Positions 49,707 through 63,430 of a stretch of DNA of 64,000 bases are shown here, piece by piece. A program made the position numbers and the translations under genes. The notes under the pieces are model-generated. The model ran no database searches, was not told the origin of the DNA, and saw only the letters and a program-made list of their open reading frames with translations. Every line of letters begins with the position of its first letter. Within the stretch, counting starts at the first letter, position 1. Source of the stretch: Felis catus. Lineage: Eukaryota. The stretch lies in NCBI RefSeq assembly GCF_018350175.1, contig NC_058382.1, forward strand, positions 51,400,001-51,464,000, in the 5' to 3' direction.

Positions 49707-51284
49707 CAGATACAATGTATTTTTGACTGTTCACTGATCTGGGTTATTTTCTGCCACCGAACCCCTTCATCAGAGAGGGAAATTTGTAATCACGTGACAT
49801 TACCTCTTAACGTCCCAACCGTGGAATTTTTTAAAACTGTATTTCGCTCTGGTTTCTCCACATATTAATTAGCATAACTACAAAGGTTATTATGAAAACC
49901 AGAAAAATGAGACCTAATAAAGAGGCTTCCACTTAAAAAAAAAACAACAAAAAAAGTTACTAAACTAGCAAGTTTTGATCAAATACAATTAGAAGAAAAT
50001 CCAGGTGTAAATTTTGCAATCTTTCAAACCATAATATCCTTCAGTTATCTTCGAAAGAAACATCTCACCCAATTTTAAGTCGGATTTCCACTATCACAAC
50101 TGCACAACTGTGTGTGGAACCGTATGACGGTAAAGTGGCTCCAAACCCACAAGTCAACCTGTCCACACCAGAGAATATTCGAAACAAACCTGAAGATCCT
50201 CCGCAAGTACTGCTTGGAAGATAAGCAATTTTAGCAAGTGAAATAAAGAGGGAGTCTTTCTTTCCTACCCACTCACTTTCCCCGTGAAAGTCCTGGAACT
50301 GGAACTTCCAGATAGGAGAGGGCTAGACCTAGCCCTCCAAGACGGGCTCTGCTCCCAAACGCTCGCAACGCGGCCAGTCTGAACCAAACGTGCGCAAATT
50401 GGAAAAGGCACACGGGATGCTGAAGACGTGTGTGTGAAATGAGATCGAACTGTCTCCATTTTTTTCATCGGTGATCTTTTGAAGAGACATTTGCAAGAGG
50501 TTAGATTAAACAAAATATACCGACGCAAGTTTCACCGGGTTCTTTTCGCTCTCTTTAAACAGGACTACCAGAACGTTTTCAATGCCGTCTGCCAGTTTGT
50601 GTTACGTTCTACTGGACGGCACTGTGCTGGGGCAAAGAGGAGATGGAATTCTGTGCATCATGAAAAAGAAACAGGATTTCATGGGGGAAAAAATAACACT
50701 TCTGTTGTCATAATTTAAAAATAAAAACCACTGCACACTAAAATTAGACTCATTGAAATAAAGCTCTTCAAAGACGCAAATGAACTGCACATGAATGTTG
50801 AGCAATGTCATCCATCCGTAAGCATTCCTGCTTTACAACTTCGCCCCATGTGTCATCATCCAAAGAAATCAATTCAAAGTGGTTATGGCATGTGAGGTCA
50901 TCCCCGAAGCCAACCATGGAGAGTAGTCTCTCCCCAACTGCTCACTGACAGGCATATAACGTGCTCATTCGTATTTGCTGCTTTAAAGCCATCTGCGGTT
51001 ATTGTTGGCAGACATGGAGAGGTGTGTAATAACAAGACAACTGACAGACAGAGGAGTGAATCAGCAAGACAGTTAATGCATCCAAGATGCGCCAGTGGGA
51101 AAAAATACCGACAAGGGTAGATGTAGTCATACGCCGCTCTACACCCATTAAAAGTCGATTCACACAGTGTGGGCGAGGAGTCACACCATCGGTCCCCCCG
51201 CCGGTGCGTGCTGGAGGCCCTTGTTACATTCTGCCTGCCTGCTTCCTCTGGGAGGCTGGGGGTTCTTTGTAGAAAGGGTCCTAT

Positions 51285-51705
51285 CACAGTTAGGACTTTA
51301 TTTCGAAGTGACAGAAACTAACGTTAAGCTAGAGCAACAAGAAAGGGGGATACGTTTCACACCAATGAAAAGCCCCAAGTATTTCAATGTCAGGCATCAA
51401 GACCGCAATGACCCTATTCTCAGGGGACACAAAGGTTGCCAGCAACTCCAGACTTACAGCCCATCCTCTCTGCTACCCCTAGGTGTCCCAGACTTTTATT
51501 TCATTGGTTCTGATCCTGTTACATATGAATCCCTACCCATCACTGTAGTCAAGGATATGTGATATGCTGACTGGTCACCCTGAAACATGTCACCTCCGGC
51601 CAAATTCCAAGGACTTGAGGCAGAGGTGGCAAAGCTAGGTCCCCAAAGAAAACTGCAATGTCTTTGCCAAAAGACTGGGGAAGCAGATGCTGGGCAGACA
51701 AAAAA
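51285..51705 (-). mobile_element. Old MaLR LTR (MLT1J/K-like)
   Basis: cagttagga..aagtgacagaaac start and gatgctgggcagacaaaa end. Confidence 0.55.
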
Positions 51706-51889
51706 TTATCGGTGGCCACTGCTATCTCGGAATCCCCATATCTGACCTGCACATAAAAGATACCCACTGATGAGTTTTTCTGGTGAATGAAGGCATGCAT
51801 GAACGCTTCAGAAAAATCCAATTCAGGATGCATCCCAAACACAGAAATGATGTCTGTATTTCGAAATTACCAGGATGTTAATGACATAC

Positions 51890-52600
51890 ATTCATGTAAC
51901 TAATGTTGATTGAGCGCCTACTATTTACCAGGGTCTGCTCTTGCCAGTGGAGACACAGATGTCAACAGCAGAGATGAAGTCTGGCCCTCACGAAGCAGCT
52001 ATTCAAGCAGGGAAGGCAGCACGTGCAAGATAATAAAGCGATTATTAGACGAATGATAAGTAGTATGAAGAATGATAAAGCAAGATAAGAGGATGAGGGA
52101 GTGACAGGTGCAGGGAAGAACTTTCTGCAATGATGATATTTACACAAAGAAATGAAATACACAGGAGGTGAAGGAAGGGGGTAGGTGAATATTTGAGGGA
52201 AGAGCATTCAAACAGCAAAGTCAATGGAACAGGGCATCCGGGGATATGCTGAAAGGCAATGGAGGCCAGAAGAGCTGGGGTGACAGATACGATGGTAGAA
52301 AAGATCGGACATAGGGCGAAAGGAGCCCAACCACATAGCACCTTGCAGGCCATGGCAAGAAATTTGGGTGACACACTATGAGTAATGGAAAGCCTTTAGC
52401 TGCTAGAAAAAAAGAAGGTGAATTAATCTGGCAACTGTGAGAAGCATAGATTACAGGGACACAAGAGACGTAAGAGAACCACCAGACTGGAAGCTGCTAC
52501 AAGAATCCAGATGACAGAGCACAGCGGCTCGGATCACAATGGTGGCAGGAGAGGGGATAACGAGTGGTCAGCATCGGTTATATTTTCGAAATACCCAATT
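51890..52600 (-). mobile_element. L2 remnant
   Basis: ttgattgagcgcctacta..ccagg, ccttgcaggccatggcaaga and gctgctacaagaatccag are L2 3' motifs. Confidence 0.7.
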
Positions 52601-53917
52601 CAATTGACCTGGGAGCCGTGAAATTTACACGGACAAGTGTATAAGAGTACGTGCTATTTACAATAGCCTCATTTACACTGCTCACACTGAAAATTAGTCG
52701 CTCAACACTTATTTGTGTTCTCGTGGTGCTTTAAATGATACCTTAACTATAATATTAATTCTGTTGCACCGTCCTTAAGTGTTTATCTACCTGTCTCCAT
52801 TACTCCCCACCTTCACAGCGGAGTATCTAATAATTTAGGGACCATATTATCATTTTTGTACTTTCACAGTCTGTCATAGCACTGAAGCACAGAGGAAGCT
52901 GGAAGTTAAGGCTTTGAGTTAGAAGGATGGGTGGGTGGAGGGGTGGATGGGTGTCGAGAGGGGGTGGGTGGTAGGTAGGAGGAAGGAACAGAGAGAAAAG
53001 AAAGGAGAAACGTCAGGCAATTAGCCAAGAATACAAGCCCCCAAATGACCTTGAATTTGTCTACCTGGTACATTTAGAAAGAAGTTGGGGGTTTCGAGGA
53101 TGTTGCTATTATGGAGGTACGAGCTACTGGGGTACCGTGCACTTTCATATGACGGAAGGAAGCGATGGCAGAGATGGGTTACATAACCAGGTCAGCTGAT
53201 GAGTCCATGCATATGGAAAAATTAGCTGCCTTATCTTGTGTTCCAGTGAAAACAGAGCTCCTTGCCTCATCAAGTATGGTGAAGAATTTACACGTTTACT
53301 TGTAAACGCATAAATTGCCCAACTACATTCAGTAGATAGAAAAACCCAATACACCTTGACAAGATTCTCAGGCTTGAGCACACATTAATAAAACACAGAG
53401 AACATTCCTCATCTCATTCCCAGAGCTGCCCATTGCCCCCACTGCTGCAGATCAACAGGATACAGGGGACATTCAACTTTTATGGAAGGTTGGCAGCACA
53501 CCCAGAAATGGAATCCACATTTCTCATCTATAGGCTCCCTCCCTTGTAAGATAGGCTCCCTCCCTCCTAAGAACGCAAGGGTAAATTTTATTAGAAATAT
53601 ATGTTTCTGCAAAGATCCACTTAATTTCAGCAGTCTGGATTGGCATGCTGTGAAATTCAAAAGCAAATACACATCTTTAAAAAGATTTCCAGATGATTTT
53701 TTGCTGCCTTCCAATCTACCCCCAGTCCCCACGCGCCATTCATACACAGTCTCCCCAAATACGTTCCTCAAAAGGAAAAATCATTATTGAATCATCACTG
53801 TTACTGAAATCATTATTCCTAAAGACTCTGAAATCAACAGTGAGTATCCTCTGGAAAAAAAAAAAAACACCTTACATAAATGTGTTCTATTAAAGCCGCC
53901 AGCTTGTGATTGTGTGC

Positions 53918-54107
53918 TATCAGGGATTCTCGACTGGGGACAATTATACCCCTGGGGACACTTGGCCATATCTGGAAACATTTTGATACAGCTGTGGGGT
54001 GCCAATGGCATCTACCAGCTAATGGCCTGAGATGCTAAGCATCCTAGAACACACAGGCCAGTGCCCACAAGCATCCGTCCATATCCGTAGTGCCCCATTG
54101 AGAAACA
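53918..54107. mobile_element. MER20-like hAT MITE
   Basis: cagggattctc..ggggacacttggccatatctggaaacattttg...attgagaaac. Confidence 0.75.
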
Positions 54108-54132
54108 GTATAAAATTCCCTAAGCAATTTTA

Positions 54133-54155
54133 CAATTTTTTAACGTTTATTTTTG

Positions 54156-54200
<45 letters not shown>

Positions 54201-54366
54201 CAGGTCACAAGCAGGGGAGGGACAGAGAGAGACACTGAATCTGAAACAGGCTCCAGTCTCTGAGCTGTCCTCACAGAGCCCGACACGGGGCTCGACCTCA
54301 CGAACCGTGAGATCCTGACCTGAGCAGAAGTTGGATGCTTAACCGACCGAGCCACCCAGGCGCCCC
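54133..54366 (-). mobile_element. Can-SINE with a (GACA)n microsatellite
   Basis: Head at 54366; GACA repeats at ~54157-54200. Confidence 0.93.
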
Positions 54367-54554
54367 ACATTTCCTCAGCAATTTTAAATAGGGACTATCT
54401 ATGGAAACTCACTGCTTCTCCTTGAACCCATGGTCTGACGTGCCCTATGAGGTAGCATGAGCAGTTGATGGATGATATGAGAGGGCCGTGATTCTGGAAA
54501 CAGAGGGGACTTACTCCGGACCCACCTGCCGCAGAGTGAGCACTGTAGAAATTT

Positions 54555-55050
54555 TCTGTTAGGTTTTTATGGCTGCATAACCAAACTGCCACATATTTAG
54601 CAGCTTAAAAGTAACACCTATTAGCTCACAGCTCTACAAGTCAGAAGTCTGGGCACAGAGCGACTAGGTTCTGTGCTCTGGGTTTCCCAAGGCCAAAATC
54701 AGGGTGTCAGCCAGGGCTGCATTCCTCGCTGGAGGCTCTGGGAAAGAATCCACTTCTAAGCTCATTGAGGTTGTTGGCAGAATTCGGTTCCCTCCTGTTG
54801 TAGGATGGAGGCCCCCGATCCTTGCTGGCAGCCGGCTAGAGGCCATTCTCAGCTCCTTGGGGCCACCTGCACTCTTTACCACATGGACCTCTCCATCTCC
54901 AAAGCCAGCAACGGAGACTCTCTCCCGTGTCAAATCCCCTTTGACTTTTCCTGATTCCACGTGATCATACAATTATCAGGTCAAACCTACCTGCAAAATC
55001 TCCCTATCTTAAGGTCAACTGATTTGAAAGGACCTCTGCAAAATCTCTTC
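54555..55050 (-). mobile_element. MLT1-type MaLR LTR
   Basis: ggtgtcagccagggctgcattcct..tggaggctctgggaaagaatcc..ttgttggcagaattc is the MLT1 core. Confidence 0.8.
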
Positions 55051-55497
55051 CCAGCAGTACTGAAATTAGCAGCTGAATGAATAATTGGGAGACGTGTGTG
55101 CGCGCGCGCGCAGCAGGGGTTGCGGAGCTCGGGGCCACAGTTTGTACATGGCATCATCTTGTCACTTCCTTCTCAAAGCAGCCCTTTCACAGGGTTTTTT
55201 CCATCTCTACTTTACAGATAAGGAAACCAGATTCTCGGGGAGTTGAGCATTTCCCAAAGCTGAGGGAAGGATACATGGGAAATCTCTGTACTATTTTTGC
55301 AACTTGTGAGTCTAAATGTATTTCAAAATAAAAGGTCTTCAAAAAGAATAATTTTGCCAAGATCACATAACTAGTAAGTAAAAACGATGGGCTTCTGAGA
55401 TCTCATGCACTGGAACATGCCAGCCTTCTTAAACTATTGCACGAGGCATTTCTAAGGTCATAGAGCCTCCGAAGCCCCTGGTATTTGTTTATCTGGC

Positions 55498-55660
55498 CCA
55501 GGGGTTCTCAGTAGTGACGGTGCATTAGAACCAACGGGGGAGCCATTAAAAAATGCTCATGCCTGGGCCCCACCCCTAGATATTCAGCTTCAACTGGTCT
55601 GGGGTAGGATCTGGGCATCTGTGTTTTTTTTAAGGCTCTCTAGGCTAAGAATCACTGACC
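55498..55660. mobile_element. MER5A-like hAT MITE
   Basis: caggggttctca...tgcctgggccccaccc...ggtctggggtagg...aagaatcactg. Confidence 0.7.
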
Positions 55661-58600
55661 TAGATGTGATTTAATCATAAATGACATTGTTACATATGCC
55701 GGATTAAACAGAAACTAGTATTTGCTTTACACACAAAAAGAATCCTTTTGAAAGCATGAAATTCATCTGGCTTCAATGCAGCCTACTGGAAAACAATGAC
55801 TGCAAAATACTGAGATAAGACTAAGACACAGGAAAATACAAGATATGCATGCATGCGTGTGTGTGTGTGTGTGCGTATTACGTAAAGTACATATAGAGAG
55901 CAAGAGTGCATTTAAGTAGTATTTTCTACCTAGTTTCTGTCACTTTGAAATAAAGTCCCAACTTTATCTGGACTCTCTGTGCTGCACAAAACAGACCTAC
56001 ACTCAACAACCGAGGTTGGAGAATAACTGTGTTCACTGTTCATCCACAGAGAAATTAATCTGGGGTAACTCTTCCTCTGCCCCCCGGAGGGGGCAAAGAA
56101 CAATATGAAAGGGACGCGAAGGATGGTCAAGTCACAGAAGGAGCCGACACTGAAAAAGCAGGCTGCTGTAGGAGAGCTCAGGAAATCACTGGAGAGATAA
56201 TCTCTTCTTACTGGCTTATGGCAGTCCCTTTCAAGTGCCGTCTCTCAACTAAGGGTAGCCGACTTCCAGTAGATTAGCGGTGTGCGTTATATAATTTATA
56301 TTAGAAAGCACGCCCCCTTGACTTGTAGCGGTAATAAGGGCAGATAAAATATTCCAGAGCTCAGCGGCATGAATAAGCAATCAAAAGAATTCAGCCACGA
56401 ATGAAATCCTTAGATCCATCAAAGGCATCCCTTCAGGAGAGGTGAGCATGCCGTCCAGATAGCACGCTCTCACCAGACTTGTATTAGGGTATTTGAGGGT
56501 ACTCTGCCCTGTAATTGGATAGAGAAACCGTGGGAACAGGCTTCCACAGAAACGACTTGATGTAACTCAAAGGGCACTCCTGGGTTTGTGGACAGAGATG
56601 GGTAGGAAGCCCGGGCAAATAGTATGGGTCATGAAAGCTTTAATGGGCAGTGCTCACTGGGCCGGTTTATATTTGGACTTCACGATTTCATCGGTACCAC
56701 CTTCTCTTAAACGGTCTATCGTTGATGGTGGGAAACCGTGCAATTTTACCAGCACATACGCTCCACTGGAGAGAACCATTCACCTGAGTGACTTTCTTGG
56801 GCTCAACGAAGACAAAGGTGAAACGAGTTCTCAGTAACTATGCGTGATTTACAACCAATCAGAGCCAGTAATAGCCAGTGACGTTGGGTGGCTAGGATCA
56901 ATCTCAGCAAGGAAATTTCCAGCCATAGCTAATGTCTAGTGTGTGTGTGGTGCCTCAGCTTTTCACAAAGGCACTCTCTCGGTGTCTCTCTCTCGGGAAA
57001 TATAGAATTGCACGCAACTAAGAAGACTCATCCATATGCATGCCCTTTTCAGCAACAGCAAAAGACTGGAAACAAACCTATTGACCAGAAGGGAATAATA
57101 TGCAGCAGTTGAAAGAATAAGATAGATGTACGCGTACTAATACAGAAGGAACTCCCAGATATATGTTATTCCCAAGCATTCCCCCTTCCCATCACAAAAA
57201 ATGCTTCAGGAAAAATGTTGGCTAATACAATTTATGGACATTTTAAATGTGCACATGAGCGCACGCGTGCGCGCACACACACCCCACCCCACCAGAGGTA
57301 ATAAACTCTAATTTCAAAAGGAGATTCAAACCCATACCTGCAATCCTTGGCTTGCTGTGCATCACCCCTCACTTCCTTTTAGGCATTAACTCATATATCA
57401 TGATGTGAGTGAAGACAAAATTTGGTCTTGTTTGGAAACACAGAGGAATGGAGCACGGCCCCGAGGCTACCGGAGAGATGAGAGAGGGAATCAAGTCCAG
57501 AGCCCCACACACGTGCTCTCACACAGCATATAGGTTCCAACTGTGGTGTCACCGCTGAGTAAGGCACCTGAGACACCAGGCACCCAAGGAAACGTTGGAC
57601 CCCTCTCCAGAACTCAGGAGGCACAAAAAGAGCAGAGTCAGAAGAAAGACAACAGTGATGACGTCACTGGGTACCTCGGGTCCCGCCTTGCTCAAGGCTA
57701 GCCATCCTAGGACAAGGACGAGGGCGGGAAGGATGAATGTGAGTGATCTCTGAGCCAAAAAAAATGTATTTTTTAGGCTTAACCTAGCTCGAGGTGGAGC
57801 TATTCTACCCGCCAGTGAAGCTTCCCAGGACACACAAACCAGAATGTTCTACGTTTGGAGCCACACTAGCCACCCTGCCTGCCCTCTTAGCATACACATC
57901 GGCTGGTGCCAGTTAGAGCATGGACAGTCGCACTTACATGCCGCGATGCATCCATAAAGCAAAAACAATTGTCGCAAAGATGTTCCAGCCGTCCCGTCTC
58001 CCCTGAGAAGATTCTTCGCGGACACACTCAGGACGCTAATTCAGTCAGCAGTGCCCGTTGGGTGGGACCATCTGTGAAGGTTTTTCTTGCCTTTACTCAA
58101 ATGGACGCCTCGGCTCTACCCAGGATCCACAGAAATCTCAGAGGTGGGGCCTAAAAATATGATGCTGGGGTTTTTTGTTTGTTTGTTTGTTTGTTTGTTT
58201 GTTTGCTTTTAGGTGCCTCGGTCGTTTTGTAGTGCGTGGGGGCCCGGCGGGGGGGGGGGGGGGTATGCTACTTTAGACCTTGAACACCTCTACGCTCTCT
58301 GGCGGTTAAATCTTATGAAGGCCTCAGTCTGTGTCTTAGCTGAATCCTCCTCTCTCCACGGCCCCAGTTTTAATAACGAAAGGAAGTGCTCAATAAATAC
58401 AAACTATTATTACCGTGGCTACAAGTTTCCTGCCTGCGGGTGGTAAAGAGGACTGGCATTAGCCAACGTTGGAAACACCTTTACGGAAGGAGGTCCGCAA
58501 TCATGGCAATTATTACCCTCTCATTACCACTACCAACATCATTACTAGGCGCTAGGCGCTGTTTTAAGCATTGCACCATTCCGTATTTTCCTTCCAAGTC

Positions 58601-61600
58601 AGCATCCATAAGCCCCATTCTCCTCATCTCACCGATGAGGAAATGAAGCGTGGAGAGGTCCGTGATTTGACCCGAGTTACGTGGTTACTGAAGGCCAGAG
58701 CTGGGACTTCCAAGTCTGACCTCAAAGCCGGTACACCAAGCTCTCTACCATGCATGCCTCCATCCAGATCTTCACGTGTGGGCTGATCTTTCCCCGTTAT
58801 TCTTTACCTTTCTCTTGCTTCCCTCCTTCATGGTGGATCACGTAGCGGTTACTTGCTCCGATAAAATCTCCAAATATCCTCTGCAGGGTGTTGCCACCAC
58901 CCAGGGCCCTATTCCCCTTTTGACAGGCTTGAGGAGGCCCCAGGACCAGCGTGCCATTGTCATTTCCTTCCCAGACCCCCTCCTAGTCCAAAGCCAAGGG
59001 TAATGAAGGACGGGGCGCCCAGCATGTGCCAGGCTAAGTGCTCATCATGTGTCGCCACAGTCCCCCGGAAAGCGACAGAGTTACATCCACGTTACAGATG
59101 AGAAAAAACAGGTGCAGAGGCACGCAGAAAGCCCAGCACTCACAATCCTGGAGGCTGGGGGTTACATTCCTCTGGCGGCCACCCTCTCACAGCCAGAGAG
59201 CCCGGGGGGAAGAGTCAGCCCTCCACCCTCCCATGTGAGCACCCCTCAAGGCAGCCTCGGGACCCTGCTCTTTGGCAAGAACCTTGGCCCTGTTTTCAGA
59301 AAAAAAGAAATTAGCTGGCATTTTGCTACAAGTATTGCTTGGAGCAAATCATGGCTGAAGAGTGGCCAAAAAAAAAAAAAAAAAAAGAAAAAGAAAGAAA
59401 GAAAGAAAAACATCTTTTTACCCTTGATGAATCAATAACCTAAGAAAACATCTCTGATTTGGATCAGCCTGTATCCAAACACTTGTGAATACAGCCCAGT
59501 CTAATCCTTAATTTCACGTGATCCTCTCAAGTGATTGAGAAGTTCCAAGGGGGTGTATGTAATTCAGCAAACCCCTGCTTAGCTAACAAGTCGCCACAAA
59601 GCAAGACAGCGGAGTTTCTTTCTGCACGTCTGGACTAAAGTCATTTAACTTCAGCCCTTTTATGAACGGAAACCAGGTTTCTAAAGACTGTAGGGAAGGC
59701 AGTGGCCAGCAAGAGCCAACTCAATGGCTGAGCCTTCTGAGTCATAAAATGACTCTGAAAAGGGGAGATCAAAGCTGTCCTACCGCCTACGGAAACACAA
59801 CCGCTTCCAAAGCTCCTCGCAGGGACCCGGGCTCTCTGGAGAGCAGTCTAGATAGAGGCCACCGCTAACAAAGGCATGAGGACACCGGGGCAGCCAGCCA
59901 CGGAGGAGAAACACCACTTACGGTTTAATTGTTGGGGACAAGGAGAGAAGAAACGAAAGAAAGCGGAGGGACAAGAACTAGGCGGTGGGTCAGGACTTGA
60001 GGCCGGAGGGATCTCCTGCGCACTTTCCGCTGAGCCCCTGATGCAGTGCTGAGCCTGGGTCCTGACTCGAGACAAGGGAAGACGGCGGCCGAGCAGTCCT
60101 CCGCTCTTCGCCAGCTGGGAGCTCGCTCACTGTTATTCATCAAAGGTAGAGCACCAAGTACACTTAGTACAGATCTGGGGAGGGAAGCAATACGGCAGAA
60201 GTTCCCACAAGCCTTGTCACTTGATCCTCACATGGTGAACGGAGCTTGGTGCTCGAGCGTGTCAAGCAAGGGGTGTATTTCCCCAACGGGAACACATGGA
60301 AATTAGGTTTATCAGGCACCCGCAAAGGGCAAGTAATCTTAGAGCTAGAAATCGCTCTTTTAGGGTGAACCACAGAAATCTGGACAAGTTATTGATGAAA
60401 GTACGCCTTCAAGAGAGGGGAGCAGCCCAATTAGTATTAGAATTCCACCTCTGGGAGCTTCGCAAGCCGCAATCCACATTAGCATATTAAAAGGTGTGGG
60501 CCCTATTACAGAAAAGACTTCTAATTGCATTTAAACCTAAGGTTTCCTAACTCTATGGGAATATATGGCCACTTATATGGTCATGAAATCCTTTTATTCC
60601 GGGAACATCTCCCCCCCCCCCACCCCGGTTAGAAATCAATACGTAATAGATCTTTTTTGGGAATCATCGCTTCGATTTTCTTGTTAGTACCAGACTGTCA
60701 GTTAGGAAAATTCTAGGCTTAAACAAATGTCCTTAAAGTAGGGCATTTCTAAGTTGCTAATATGCTAATGTGCACAGTAGATCTCCCAGAGGTGGCTTTT
60801 AGTACTATTTGACTATGCTTCCCCCATTTTTAAAACCCTACGCCGTGAACTTCTTCTATAAACTAGAACATAGCATCCAACGTGCTTGTGACTTTATCCG
60901 CTGTACCCTGACAGGTGCCTGATAGAAGCTAATCAAAACTTGTTGAATAAAAGGATAATCTTTCAATGTGTCTTTTCAGTCTGTTCTTAAAACACGACAT
61001 TTCCACTAACTTTTAGAAATGGGATCAGTCTGTCAAACCAAAAGCAATTATTTTTTTTCCCCAACAGCAGTTATTAAAACAATTTGCCTATTTGTTCAAC
61101 GTCTTGATCCAATGGTTCTCTACTGTTAATATGCATTAGGAGTCACTTGGAGAATTAGAAAAACACACATTCCTGAGCTTAGCCTCTCTGACCTTCTGTT
61201 GTGGGTAAAGAAATTCAAATTTTCAACACCTCAGGCAAAGTTAATGCAGCTGATCACACTCTGAAAACCACTGTCCTGATTAAAAAAAAAAAAAAAAAGG
61301 AGCTCTAAGGCAAAACATTTTTGAGCAGAAAGGACTTTTGGATCTCCCAGCATGGAGGCAGAAAGGTACAAGTTTGTTCTACCAACCCAGAAGACAAAAT
61401 TAAGAAATACAGGTGAAAGTCATAAAAAGGTAGGTGGTAGTTCAACACCAAGAAGCGAATGCTAACAACAGCATGGGCTTCCTGGACGTAATGACCTTCC
61501 CATGGCTGTGTTAGTGGAAGAGAGGCTAGATACGGTAGGAGGAATGTACATGGCAAATGGTGATTGGGTTAATCTGCACCCCCAAGATTCTGGGACAAAG

Positions 61601-62689
61601 GCTGCAAACCCAAGACACCCTCAGAGAGTGCGAGGCAGTCAGATGTAGGGGGCAGTGAGGAGTTGGAGTAGGCAAGTTCCTGTCTAAATGCACTCAAAAC
61701 CCCAAAAAATAATAATCATGCCGGGACACCGCGGGAGGCAGGATTCACCCAGGGAAGTTTGCAACTTCTGTTCTGTCCCTTGTTCTAAGTAAATAATGGC
61801 CTGCTCAACTCCTGAGTAAAGCGAGCCCTGTCAGTCGTGGGGAGGGGAGTGCATTTTAAGCAAATACTCGAAGGACAGTTTAATTCAGAATTATTGAGGG
61901 AAATTCCCTGCCAGAGACATCCTCACTGGAATACGCACGTACACATGTATATACATAGGCATCTATTTCATGATTATAACCTTCCTACCCTTTCTCATTC
62001 TCTCCTGGGGCTTCCCTGGCGACCAAGATAACAGGTTAGTTCTTCCATGGGTACTTCGTTATGGAAAGGTGACCTACTGTCCTGAGACACACTGCATGCA
62101 CTCCAGGAAGTTGCTGTAACCTCTAAAGGCATTCTGAGGCCAGTCATCCAGCTCCATGGGGGTAGAAACCCTGATGCAGAGCCTTCCATTGGAAGAGACT
62201 CTACCTATCAGCCTCATTCGGCTCCTGTCAGCTTCTACATCAAGGCAAGAAGAGTTGCTCGTCTCCTTTAGCATGTTAACCCTGCCGAGTCTCTCCAAAA
62301 AAGCATGCAGAGGTTTGCCCCTCTCATGAACTCTTCCATTATTCACTGCTCGGAAGCCATCAGAGTAGCTGCTAATGAACTTTAGCAAGGGTATAACCCT
62401 TTGTTTGGCCAAAGAAGGAGGGCAAGGTCTATGTGTTCTAAGGGGCTGGAAGGATGAAGAAAGTCCTCCTCCTGCCACGATTATTCCTCCCCATCACCCT
62501 CTCTCCCTGTTTCTAGTGAAGTGTCCCCTCACCGTGGTACCTCAGATGATCTCACCGTCTTCACTACTGCCATTTGATAGTGCTTCATAAGCAGGTCAAT
62601 GCCTTGTTAGAGAATCGTAGCCATCGTAACAGAGAGGTCACACCAGCAGAGCAGTGTTTTTGCTCAGAATTCTGGTCTCTATTGACAGA

Positions 62690-63430
62690 GAAAAGGGAAA
62701 AACACCACAGCATAGGCTGGAAGCATCAATACCATCTGTCTGCAGGATAGAGACGGATCACAAAAGAGGACATACAGATGGCCGGTGAGCAGAAGAAACG
62801 GTACTCGACTGCAATCACCACCAGGACACCACAAACTAAACCCGTCATGGGGAACCACGTCACGCCCATCACTTCGGTAGCTAAAATGGAAACCAGAGAC
62901 AACAGTAAGTGTCGGCGAGCATGTGGAGTGACTGGAGCTCCCAGACCCGCTGATGGCAGGTGCCAAGTGGCACAGCCACACCCAACAACGCATTGTTAGG
63001 TATACTTCCATGGGTCCACAGGCTCACCACGAGGCACAGACAAGAATGCTCAGCGGTACTCCAGAATAGCCCAAACCGGAACGCTTAGACGCCCACCAAC
63101 CTCTAAATGGAAACCTGCTGAAATATTCACGCGGACGAATACTGTATAATTTGCCTTATGTAAAATATTAAAAAGGGCAAAAGTAAGCTAAGTTAGAAGT
63201 TAGGACAGTGGTTACCTCTGGGGGTGGGGGTGGGGTAGGGACCGGGGAGCGGACACAGGGGGATCGTCTGGGACACTGGGAATGTCTTGCTTCATCTTGG
63301 TGGCGGGTACATGGGTGCGAACTGTGTGAAAGTTCATTAGGCTGTGCTCTATGATTTTTGCCTTTTTCCGCATGTTCGTTTTGCACGTTTCCGTACACAC
63401 ATTATACTTCAACACGGGGCTTCAAAAATT
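62690..63430 (+). mobile_element. Old L1 (L1ME-like) 3' fragment
   Basis: aatagcccaaaccggaa..gcccacc and ttagaagttaggacagtggttacct..ggg are L1M 3' motifs. Confidence 0.65.

Noticed and set aside
1639..54366. tRNA-like A/B box sequences
   Set aside because: All are Can-SINE heads followed by CT tracts and A tails, not tRNA genes.
56075..56097. CTCF-like, palindromic tgccccccggagggggca (also partial matches near 8230, 61645 and 63650)
   Set aside because: Mismatches at core positions make these too weak to call without data.
62074..62478. 134-aa minus ORF, considered as a viral or pseudogene fragment
   Set aside because: No recognisable family motifs in the frames I translated and no ADAMTS similarity. 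A tBLASTx search would be needed to exclude it fully.
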